Shown piece by piece: positions 29,401 to 41,500 of a stretch of 64,000 bases of DNA. The stretch comes from Auanema rhodensis (Eukaryota > Animalia > Nematoda): positions 16,740,001-16,804,000 of the forward strand of contig OZ059898.1 in assembly GCA_964057225.1 (NCBI GenBank), given 5' to 3'. Within the stretch, counting starts at the first letter, position 1. Every line of letters begins with the position of its first letter. Under the pieces are notes generated by a model. That model worked only from the letters and a program-made list of their open reading frames with translations. It searched no databases and was not told the origin of the DNA. The position numbers were made by a program, and so were the translations under genes.

Positions 29401-32400
29401 GTGCACATCACGTGTACATTTAATTAGCATAAATTTAAGTTCACGTAAATTTCAAAGACATGGTTACCATGAACCAATATCAATAAAAATTTGTTTTTAG
29501 ACTAATATGGACATGGGGAATCTAATTTTGAAAACCGTATCTCTTTATCTTTCACGTGAAGCGAGTTACATACCAAGTGCACATCACGTGTACATTTAAT
29601 TAGCATAAATTAAAGTTCACGTAAATTTCAAAGTCATGGTTACCATGAACCAATATCAATAAAAATTCGTTTTTAGACTAATATGGACATGGGGAATCTA
29701 ATTTTGAAAACCGCATCTCTTTATCTTTCACGTGAAGCGAGTTACATACCAAGTGCACATCACGTGTACATTTAATTAGCATAAATTAAAGTTCACGTAA
29801 ATTTCAAAGTCATGGTTACCATGAACCAATATCAATAAAAATTTGTTTTTAGACTAATATGGACATGGGGAATCTAATTTTGAAAACCGCATCTCTTTAT
29901 CTTTCACGTAAAGCGAGTTACATACCAAGTGCACATCACGTGTACATTTAATTAGCATAAATTTAAGTTCACGTAAATTTCAAAGACATGGTTACCATGA
30001 ACCAATATCAATAAAAATTTGTTTTTAGACTAATATGGACATGGGGAATCTAATTTTGAAAACCGTATCTCTTTATCTTTCACGTGAAGCGAGTTACATA
30101 CCAAGTGCACATCACGTGTACATTTAATTAGCATAAATTAAAGTTCACGTAAATTTCAAAGTCATGGTTACCATGAACCAATATCAATAAAAATTTGTTT
30201 TTAGACTAATATGGACATGGGGAATCTAATTTTGAAAACCGCATCTCTTTATCTTTCACGTGAAGCGAGTTACATACCAAGTGCACATCACGTGTACATT
30301 TAATTAGCATAAATTAAAGTTCACGTAAATTTCAAAGTCATGGTTACCATGAACCAATATCAATAAAAATTTGTTTTTAGACTAATATGGACATGGGGAA
30401 TCTAATTTTGAAAACCGCATCTCTTTATCTTTCACGTGAAGCGAGTTACATACCAAGTGCACATCACGTGTACATTTAATTAGCATAAATTTAAGTTCAC
30501 GTAAATTTCAAAGACATGGTTACCATGAACCAATATCAATAAAAATTTGTTTTTAGACTAATATGGACATGGGGAATCTAATTTTGAAAACCGTATCTCT
30601 TTATCTTTCACGTGAAGCGAGTTACATACCAAGTGCACATCACGTGTACATTTAATTAGCATAAATTAAAGTTCACGTAAATTTCAAAGTCATGGTTACC
30701 ATGAACTAATATCAACAAAAATTTGTTTTGAGACTAATATGGACATGGGGAATCTAATTTTGAAAACCGCATCTCTTTATCTTTCACGTGAAGCGAGTTA
30801 CATACCAAGTGCACATCACGTGTACATTTAATTAGCATAAATTAAAGTTCACGTAAATTTCAAAGTCATGGTTACCATGAACTAATATCAACAAAAATCT
30901 GTTTTGAGACTAATATGGACATGGGGAATCTAATTTTGAAAACCGCATCTCTTTATCTTTCACGTGAAGCGAGTTACATACCAAGTGCACATCACGTGTA
31001 CATTTAATTAGCATAAATTAAAGTTCACGTAAATTTCAAAGTCATGGTTACCATGCACCAATATCAATAAAAATTTGTTTTTAGACTAATATGGACATGA
31101 GGAATCTAATTTTAAAAACCGCATCTCTTTATCTTTCACGTGAAGCGAGTTACATACCAAGTGCACATCACGTGTACATTTAATTAGCATAAATTAAAGT
31201 TCACGTAAATTTCAAAGTCATGGTTACCATGAACTAATATCAACAAAAATTTGTTTTGAGACTAATATGGACATGGGGAATCTAATTTTGAAAACCGCAT
31301 CTCTTTATCTTTCACGTGAAGCGAGTTACATACCAAGTGCACATCACGTTTACATTTAATTAGCATAAATTAAAGTTCACGTAAATTTAAAAGTCATGGT
31401 TACCATGAACTAATATCAACAAAAATTTGTTTTGAGACTAATATGGACATGGGGAATCTAATTTTGAAAACCGCATCTCTTTATCTTTCACGTGAAGCGA
31501 GTTACATACCAAGTGCACATCACGTGTACATTTAATTAGCATAAATTAAAGTTCACGTAAATTTCAAAGTCATGGTTACCATGAACTAATATCAACAAAA
31601 ATTTGTTTTGAGACTAATATGGACATGGGGAATCTAATTTTGAAAACCGCATCTCTTTATCTTTCACGTGAAGCGAGTTACATACCAAGTGCACATCACG
31701 TGTACATTTAATTAGCATAAATTAAAGTTCACGTAAATTTCAAAGTCATGGTTACCATGCACCAATATCAATAAAAATTTGTTTTTAGACTAATATGGAC
31801 ATGAGGAATCTAATTTTAAAAACCGCATCTCTTTATCTTTCACGTGAAGCGAGTTACATACCAAGTGCACATCACGTGTACATTTAATTAGCATAAATTA
31901 AAGTTCACGTAAATTTCAAAGTCATGGTTACCATGAACTAATATCAACAAAAATTTGTTTTGAGACTAATATGGACATGGGGAATCTAATTTTGAAAACC
32001 GCATCTCTTTATCTTTCACGTGAAGCGAGTTACATACCAAGTGCACATCACGTGTACATTTAATTAGCATAAATTAAAGTTCACGTAAATTTCAAAGTCA
32101 TGGTTACCATGAACTAATATCAACAAAAATTTGTTTTGAGACTAATATGGACATGGGGAATCTAATTTTGAAAACCGCATCTCTTTATCTTTCACGTGAA
32201 GCGAGTTACATACCAAGTGCACATCACGTGTACATTTAATTAGCATAAATTAAAGTTCACGTAAATTTCAAAGTCATGGTTACCATGCACCAATATCAAT
32301 AAAAATTTGTTTTTAGACTAATATGGACATGGGGAATCTAATTTTGAAAACCGCATCTCTTTATCTTTCACGTGAAGCGAGTTACATACCAAGTGCACAT

Positions 32401-35400
32401 CACGTGTACATTTAATTAGCATAAATTAAAGTTCACGTAAATTTCAAAGTCATGGTTACCATGAACCAATATCAATAAAAATTTGTTTTTAGACTAATAT
32501 GGACATGGGGAATCTAATTTTGAAAACCGCATCTCTTTATCTTTCACGTGAAGCGAGTTACATACCAAGTGCACATCACGTGTACATTTAATTAGCATAA
32601 ATTAAAGTTCACGTAAATTTCAAAGTCATGGTTACCATGAACCAATATCAATAAAAATTTGTTTTTAGACTAATATGGACATGGGGAATCTAATTTTGAA
32701 AACCGCATCTCTTTATCTTTCACGTGAAGCGAGTTACATACCAAGTGCACATCACGTTTACATTTAATTAGCATAAATTAAAGTTCACGTAAATTTCAAA
32801 GTCATGGTTACCATGAACCAATATCAACAAAAATTTGTTTTGAGACTAATATGGACATGGGGAATCTAATTTTGAAAACCGCATCTCTTTATCTTTCACG
32901 TGAAGCGAGTTACATACCAAGTGCACATCACGTTTACATTTAATTAGCATAAATTAAAGTTCACGTAAATTTCAAAGTCATGGTTACCATGAACCAATAT
33001 CAATAAAAATTTGTTTTTAGACTAATATGGACATGGGGAATCTAATTTTGAAAACCGCATCTCTTTATCTTTCACGTGAAGCGAGTTACATACCAAGTGC
33101 ACATCACGTTTACATTTAATTAGCATAAATTAAAGTTCACGTAAATTTCAAAGTCATGGTTACCATGAACCAATATCAATAAAAATTTGTTTTTAGACTA
33201 ATATGGACATGGGGAATCTAATTTTGAAAACCGCATCTCTTGATCTTTCACGTGAAGCGAGTTACATACCAAGTGCACATCACGTGTACATTTAATTAGC
33301 ATAAATTAAAGTTCACGTAAATTTCAAAGTCATGGTTACCATGAACCAATATCAATAAAAATTTGTTTTTAGACTAATATGGACATGGGGAATCTAATTT
33401 TGAAAACCGCATCTCTTTATCTTTCACGTGAAGCGAGTTACATACCAAGTGCACATCACGTGTACATTTAATTAGCATAAATTAAAGTTCACGTAAATTT
33501 CAAAGTCATGGTTACCATGAACCAATATCAATAAAAATTTGTTTTTAGACTAATATGGACATGGGGAATCTAATTTTGAAAACCGCATCTCTTTATCTTT
33601 CACGTGAAGCGAGTTACATACCAAGTGCACATCACGTGTACATTTAATTAGCATAAATTAAAGTTCACGTAAATTTCAAAGACATGGTTACCATGAACCA
33701 ATATCAATAAAAATTTGTTTTTAGACTAATATGGACATGGGGAATCTAATTTTGAAAACCGTATCTCTTTATCTTTCACGTGAAGCGAGTTACATACCAA
33801 GTACACATCACGTGTACATTTAATTAGCATAAATTAAAGTTCACGTAAATTTCAAAGTCATGGTTACCATGCACCAATATCAATAAAAATTTGTTTTTAG
33901 ACTAATATGGACATGGGGAATCTAATTTTGAAAACCGCATCTCTTTATCTTTCACGTGAAGCGAGTTACATACCAAGTGCACATCACGTGTACATTTAAT
34001 TAGCATAAATTAAAGTTCACGTAAATTTCAAAGTCATGGTTACCATGAACCAATATCAATAAAAATTTGTTTTTAGACTAATATGGACATGGGGAATCTA
34101 ATTTTGAAAACCGCATCTCTTTATCTTTCACGTGAAGCGAGTTACATACCAAGTGCACATCACGTGTACATTTAATTAGCATAAATTAAAGTTCACGTAA
34201 ATTTCAAAGACATGGTTACCATGAACCAATATCAATAAAAATTTGTTTTTAGACTAATATGGACATGGGGAATCTAATTTTGAAAACCGTATCTCTTTAT
34301 CTTTCACGTGAAGCGAGTTACATACCAAGTACACATCACGTGTACATTTAATTAGCATAAATTAAAGTTCACGTAAATTTCAAAGTCATGGTTACCATGA
34401 ACCAATATCAATAAAAATTTGTTTTTAGACTAATATGGACATGGGGAATCTAATTTTGAAAACCGCATCTCTTTATCTTTTACGTGAAGCGAGTTACATA
34501 CCAAGTGCACATCACGTGTACATTTAATTAGCATAAATTAAAGTTCACGTAAATTTCAAAGTCATGGTTACCATGAACCAATATCAATAAAAATTTGTTT
34601 TTAGACTAATATGGACATGGGGAATCTAATTTTGAAAACCGCATCTCTTTATCTTTCACGTGAAGCGAGTTACATACCAAGTGCACATCACGTGTACATT
34701 TAATTAGCATAAATTAAAGTTCACGTAAATTTCAAAGTCATGGTTACCATGAACTAATATCAACAAAAATTTGTTTTGAGACTAATATGGACAGGGGAAT
34801 CTAATTTTGAAAACCGCATCTCTTTATCTTTCACGTGAAGCGAGTTACATACCAAGTGCACATCACGTTTACATTTAATTAGCATAAATTAAAGTTCACG
34901 TAAATTTCAAAGTCATGGTTACCATGAACCAATATCAATAAAAATTTGTTTTTAGACTAATATGGACATGGGGAATCTAATTTTGAAAACCGCATCTCTT
35001 TATCTTTCACGTGAAGCGAGTTACATACCAAGTGCACATCACGTTTACATTTAATTAGCATAAATTAAAGTTCACGTAAATTTCAAAGTCATGGTTACCA
35101 TGAACCAATATCAATAAAAATTTGTTTTTAGACTAATATGGACATGGGGAATCTAATTTTGAAAACCGCATCTCTTTATCTTTCACGTGAAGCGAGTTAC
35201 ATACCAAGTGCACATCACGTGTACATTTAATTAGCATAAATTAAAGTTCACGTAAATTTCAAAGTCATGGTTACCATGCACCAATATCAATAAAAATTTG
35301 TTTTTAGACTAATATGGACATGGGGAATCTAATTTTGAAAACCGCATCTCTTTATCTCTCACGTGAAGCGAGTTACATACCAAGTGCACATGACGTGTAC

Positions 35401-36119
35401 ATTTAATTAGCATAAATTAAAGTTCACGTAAATTTCAAAGTCATGGTTACCATGAACCAATATCAATAAAAATTTGTTTTTAGACTAATATGGACATGGG
35501 GAATCTAATTTTGAAAACCGCATCTCTTTATCTTTCACGTGAAGCGAGTTACATACCAAGTGCACATCACGTGTACATTTAATTAGCATAAATTAAAGTT
35601 CACGTAAATTTCAAAGACATGGTTACCATGAACCAATATCAATAAAAATTTGTTTTTAGACTAATATGGACATGGGGAATCTAATTTTGAAAACCGCATC
35701 TCTTTATCTTTCACGTGAAGCGAGTTACATACCAAGTACACATCACGTGTACATTTAATTAGCATAAATTAAAGTTCACGTAAATTTCAAAGTCATGGTT
35801 ACCATGCACCAATATCAATAAAAATTTGTTTTTAGACTAATATGGACATGGGGAATCTAATTTTGAAAACCGCATCTCTTTATCTTTCACGTGAAGCGAG
35901 TTACATACCAAGTGCACATCACGTGTACATTTAATTAGCATAAATTAAAGTTCACGTAAATTTCAAAGTCATGGTTACCATGCACCAATATCAATAAAAA
36001 TTTGTTTTTAAAAAGACTAATATGCACATGGGGAATCTAATTTTGAAAACCGCATCTCTTTATCTTTCACGTGAAGCGAGTTACATACCAAGTGCACATC
36101 ACGTGTACATTTAATTAGC

Positions 36120-36150
36120 ATAAATTAAAGTTAAAACTACTTTTTGCTAA
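36120..36150. other. Direct junction between satellite A and satellite B
   Basis: The sequence reads ...ataaattaaagtt|aaaa|ctactttttgctaa... Array A ends at monomer position 53 (36132), AAAA occupies 36133-36136, and an exact match to array B starts at 36137. Confidence 0.97.
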
Positions 36151-36201
36151 ATTATTTTGAAATTTTTCGAAAAAATTTTTGTCAAAATGTTTTTGGAAGC
36201 A

Positions 36202-36229
36202 ATGTTGAGTGTACATGGAAACTCAACAT
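36202..36229. repeat. Inverted repeat in the satellite B monomer (first copy shown)
   Basis: ATGTTGAGT-(10 nt)-ACTCAACAT has perfect 9-bp arms. Confidence 0.95.
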
Positions 36230-36312
36230 ACACTAATGCATCATTTTTCAAACGATCATAACTAATTTTTGTATTAAGCGTTTCTCAATGTAGTATAGTG
36301 CATTCGATGCGG

Positions 36313-36363
36313 ATTTTTAAGCTGCGTCGATCTGTGTTATCAGATTTGCGCTAGCTTAAAAAT
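36313..36363. repeat. 51-bp hairpin/inverted repeat in the satellite B monomer (first copy shown)
   Basis: ATTTTTAAGCT...AGCTTAAAAAT are perfect 11-bp arms. They enclose GCG/CGC and ATCTG/CAGAT inner stems around the loop TGTTAT. Confidence 0.95.
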
Positions 36364-36380
36364 GCACCGAGATATCAACT

Positions 36381-36402
36381 GATATAAGTTCACACTTATA
36401 TC
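36381..36402. repeat. Inverted repeat in the satellite B monomer (first copy shown)
   Basis: GATATAAGT-tcac-ACTTATATC has perfect 9-bp arms. Confidence 0.95.
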
Positions 36403-38593
36403 CTCGATTTTCACCCTGAAGAAATAATTTTTTCGTTGAATAACATTGTCCATCGTCTTTGCCTTAAAAAAAGGAATCTAAAAACATCTACTTTTTGCTA
36501 AATTATTTTGAAATTTTTCGAAAAAATTTTTGTCAAAATGTTTTTGGAAGCAATGTTGAGTGTACATGGAAACTCAACATACACTAATGCATCATTTTTC
36601 AAACGATCATAACTAATTTTTGTATTAAGCGTTTCTCAATGTAGTATAGTGCATTTGATGCGGATTTTTAAGCTGCGTCGATCTGTGTTATCAGATTTGC
36701 GCTAGCTTAAAAATGCACCGAGATATCAACTGATATAAGTTCACACTTATATCCTCGATTTTCACCCTGAAGAAATAATTTTTTCGTTGAATAACATTGT
36801 CCATCGTCTTTGCCTTAAAAAAAGGAATCTAAAAACATCTACTTTTTGCTAAATTATTTTGAAATTTTTCGAAAAAATTTTTGTCAAAATGTTTTTGGAA
36901 GCAATGTTGAGTGTACATGGAAACTCAACATACACTAATGCATCATTTTTCAAACGATCATAACTAATTTTTGTATTAAGCGTTTCTCAATGTAGTATAG
37001 TGCATTTGATGCGGATTTTTAAGCTGCGTCGATCTGTGTTATCAGATTTGCGCTAGCTTAAAAATGCACCGAGATATCAACTGATATAAGTTCACACTTA
37101 TATCCTCGATTTTCACCCTGAAGAAATAATTTTTTCATTGAATAACATTGTCCATCGTCTTTGCCTTGAAAAAAGGAATCTAAAAACATCTACTTTTTGC
37201 TAAATTATTTTGAAATTTTTCGAAAAAATTTTTGTCAAAATGTTTTTGGAAGCAATGTTGAGTGTACATGGAAACTCAACATACACTAATGCATCATTTT
37301 TCAAACGATCATAACTAATTTTTGTATTAAGCGTTTCTCAATGTAGTATAGTGAATTCGATGCGGATTTTTAAGCTGCGTCGATCTGTGTTATCAGATTT
37401 GCGCTAGCTTAAAAATGCACCGAGATATCAACTGATATAAGTTCACACTTATATCCTCGATTTTCACCCTGAAGAAATAATTTTTTCGTTGAATAACATT
37501 GTCCATCGTCTTTGCCTTAAAAAAAGGAATCTAAAAACATCTACTTTCTGCTAAATTATTCTGAAATTTTTCGAAAAAATTTTTGTCAAAATGTTTTTGG
37601 AAGCAATTTTGAGTGTACATGGAAACTCAACATACACTAATGCATCATTTTTCAAACGATCATAACTAATTTTTGTATTAAGCGTTTCTCAATGTAGTAT
37701 AGTGCATTCGATGCGGATTTTTAAGCTGCGTCGATCTGTGTTATCAGATTTGCGCTAGCTTAAAAATGCACCGAGATATCAACTGATATAAGTTCACACT
37801 TATATCTTCGATTTTCACCCTGAAGAATTAATTTTTTCGGTGAATAACATTGTCCATCGTCTTTGCCTTGAAAAAAGGAATTTCAAAACATCTACTTTTT
37901 GCTAAATTATTTTGAAATTTTTCGAAAAAATTTTTGTCAAAATGTTTTTGGAAGCAATTTTGAGTGTACATGGAAACTCAACATACACTAATGCATCATT
38001 TTTCAAACGATCATAACTAATTTTTGTATTAAGCGTTTCTCAATGTAGTATAGTGCATTAGATGCGGATTTTTAAGCTGCGTCGATCTGTGTTATCAGAT
38101 TTGCGCTAGCTTGAAAATGCACCGAGATATCAACTGATATATGTTCACACTTATATCCTCGATTTTCACCCTGAAGAAATAATTTTTTCATTGAATAACA
38201 TTGTCCATCGTCTTTGCCTTGAAAAAAGGAATCTAAAAACATCTACTTTTTGCTAAATTATTTTGAAATTTTTTGAAAAAATTTTTGTCAAAATGTTTTT
38301 GGAAGCAATGTTGAGTGTACATGGAAACTCAACATACACTAATGCATCATTTTTCAAACGATCATAACTAATTTTTGTATTAAGCGTTTCTCAATGTAGT
38401 ATAGTGCATTTGATGCGGATTTTTAAGCTGCGTCGATCTGTGTTATCAGATTTGCGCTAGCTTAAAAATGCACCGAGATATCAACTGATATAAGTTCACA
38501 CTTATATCCTCGATTTTCACCCTGAAGAAATAATTTTTTCGTTGAATAACATTGTCCATCGTCTTTGCCTTGAAAAAAGGAATCTAAAAACAT

Positions 38594-41500
38594 CTACTTT
38601 TTGCTAAATTATTTTGAAATTTTTCGAAAAAATTTTTGTCAAAATGTTTTTGGAAGCAATGTTGAGTGTACATGGAAACTCAACATACACTAATGCACCA
38701 TTTTTCAAACGATCATAACTAAATTTTGTAATAAGCGTTTCTCAATGTAGTATAGTGAATTCGATGCGGATTTTTAAGCTGCGTCGATCTGTGTTATCAG
38801 ATTTGCGCTAGCTTAAAAATGCACCGAGATATCAACTGATATAAGTTCACACTTATATCCTCGATTTTCACCCTGAAGAAATAATTTTTTCGTTGAATAA
38901 CATTGTCCATCGTCTTTGCCTTGAAAAAAGGAATCTAAAAACATCTACTTTCTGCTAAATTATTCTGAAATTTTTCGAAAAAATTTTTGTCAAAATGTTT
39001 TTGGAAGCAATTTTGAGTGTACATGGAAACTCAACATACACTAATGCATCATTTTTCAAACGATCATAACTAATTTTTGTATTAAGCGTTTCTCAATGTA
39101 GTATAGTGCATTAGATGCGGATTTTTAAGCTGCGTCGATCTGTGTTATCAGATTTGCGCTAGCTTGAAAATGCACCGAGATATCAACTGATATAAGTTCA
39201 CACTTATATCCTCGATTTTCACCCTGAAGAAATAATTTTTTCGTTGAATAACATTGTCCATCGTCTTTGCCTTGAGAAAAGGAATCTAAAAACATCTACT
39301 TTTTGCTAAATTATTTTGAAGTTTTTCGAAAAAATTTTTGTCATAATGTTTTTGGAAGCAATGTTGAGTGTACATGGAAACTCAACATACACTAATGCAT
39401 CATTTTTCAAACGATCATAACTAATTTTTGTATTAAGCGTTTCTCAATGTAGTATAGTGCATTTGATGCGGATTTTTAAGCTGCGTCGATCTGTGTTATC
39501 AGATTTGCGCTAGCTTGAAAATGCACCGAGATATCAACTGATATAAGTTCACACTTATATCCTCGATTTTCACCCTGAAGAAATAATTTTTTCGTTGAAT
39601 AACATTGTCCATCGTCTTTGCCTTGAGAAAAGGAATCTAAAAACATCTACTTTTTGCTAAATTATTTTGAAGTTTTTCGAAAAAATTTTTGTCAAACTGT
39701 TTTTGGAAGCAATGTTGAGTGTACATGGAAACTCAACATACACTAATGCATCATTTTTCAAACGATCAAAACTAATTTTTGTATTAAGCGTTTTTCAATG
39801 TAGTATAGTGCATTTGATGCGGATTTTTAAGCTGCGTCGATCTGTGTTATCAGATTTGCGCTAGCTTAAAAATGCACCGAGATATCAACTGATATAAGTT
39901 CACACTTATATCCTCGATTTTCACCCTGAAGAAATAATTTTTTCGTTGAATTACATTGTCCATCGTCTTTGCCTTGAAAAAAGGAATCTAAAAACATCTA
40001 CTTTTTGCTAAATTATTTTGAAGTTTTTCGAAAAAATTTTTGTCAAAATGTTTTTGGAAGCAATGTTGAGTGTACATGGAAACTCAACATACACTAATGC
40101 ATCATTTTTCAAACGATCATAACTAATTTTTGTATTAAGCGTTTCTCAATGTAGTATAGTGCATTTGATGCGGATTTTTAAGCTGCGTCGATCTGTGTTA
40201 TCAGATTTGCGCTAGCTTAAAAATGCACCGAGATATCAACTGATATAAGTTCACACTTATATCCTCGATTTTCACCCTGAAGAAATAATTTTTTCGTTGA
40301 ATAACATTGTCCATCGTCTTTGCCTTGAAAAAAGGAATCTAAAAACATCTACTTTTTGCTAAATTATTTTGAAGTTTTTCGAAAAAATTTTTGTCAAAAT
40401 GTTTTTGGAAGCAATGTTGAGTGTACATGGAAACTCAACATACACTAATGCATCATTTTTCAAACGATCATAACTAATTTTTGTATTAAGCGTTTCTCAA
40501 TGTAGTATAGTGCATTTGATGCGGATTTTTAAGCTGCGTCGATCTGTGTTATCAGATTTGCGCTAGCTTAAAAATGCACCGAGATATCAACTGATATAAG
40601 TTCACACTTATATCCTCGATTTTCACCCTGAAGAAATAATTTTTTCGTTGAATAACATTGTCCATCGTCTTTGCCTTGAAAAAAGGAATCTAAAAACATC
40701 TACTTTTTGCTAAATTATTTTGAAATTTTTCGAAAAAATTTTTGTCAAAATGTTTTTGGAAGCAATGTTGAGTGTACATGGAAACTCAACATACACTAAT
40801 GCACCATTTTTCAAACGATCATAACTAAATTTTGTAATAAGCGTTTCTCAATGTAGTATAGTGAATTCGATGCGGATTTTTAAGCTGCGTCGATCTGTGT
40901 TATCAGATTTGCGCTAGCTTAAAAATGCACCGAGATATCAACTGATATAAGTTCACACTTATATCCTCGATTTTCACCCTGAAGAAATAATTTTTTCGTT
41001 GAATAACATTGTCCATCGTCTTTGCCTTGAAAAAAGGAATCTAAAAACATCTACTTTCTGCTAAATTATTCTGAAATTTTTCGAAAAAATTTTTGTCAAA
41101 ATGTTTTTGGAAGCAATTTTGAGTGTACATGGAAACTCAACATACACTAATGCATCATTTTTCAAACGATCATAACTAATTTTTGTATTAAGCGTTTCTC
41201 AATGTAGTATAGTGCATTAGATGCGGATTTTTAAGCTGCGTCGATCTGTGTTATCAGATTTGCGCTAGCTTGAAAATGCACCGAGATATCAACTGATATA
41301 AGTTCACACTTATATCCTCGATTTTCACCCTGAAGAAATAATTTTTTCGTTGAATAACATTGTCCATCGTCTTTGCCTTGAGAAAAGGAATCTAAAAACA
41401 TCTACTTTTTGCTAAATTATTTTGAAGTTTTTCGAAAAAATTTTTGTCATAATGTTTTTGGAAGCAATGTTGAGTGTACATGGAAACTCAACATACACTA

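Larger units (their letters stand above)
1..36132. repeat. Tandem satellite array A, 176-bp monomer, 205 full copies plus a 53-bp partial copy; runs off the left edge of the window
   Basis: GTTACATACCAAGTGCACATCACGTG recurs at 1, 177, 353, ... 881, 1761, 2641 (period 176). Consensus: gttacataccaagtgcacatcacgtgtacatttaattagcataaattaaagttcacgtaaatttcaaagtcatggttaccatgaaccaatatcaataaaaatttgtttttagactaatatggacatggggaatctaattttgaaaaccgcatctctttatctttcacgtgaagcga. Copies differ at 0-4 positions. The indels seen (+1 near 5426; -1 near 7327, 11372, 12955, 15243, 16826 and 34793; +4 near 36011) sum to -1, which matches the last copy starting at 36080. Confidence 0.99.

Noticed and set aside
36131-36136. 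TTAA/TTAAAA at the junction as a piggyBac or L1 target site
   Set aside because: No terminal repeats, poly(A) tail, second target-site copy or element body are visible, and the word is common in AT-rich DNA.
36431-36447. CENP-B box-like TTTCGTTGAA in B
   Set aside because: It matches only the 5' half of YTTCGTTGGAARCGGGA and lacks the essential CGGG.
36137-36487. B monomer as a tandem 5S rRNA, tRNA, snRNA or spliced-leader gene unit
   Set aside because: Despite the hairpins, I recognised no 5S sequence, cloverleaf, Pol III A/B boxes or snRNA/SL sequence. An Rfam scan would settle this.
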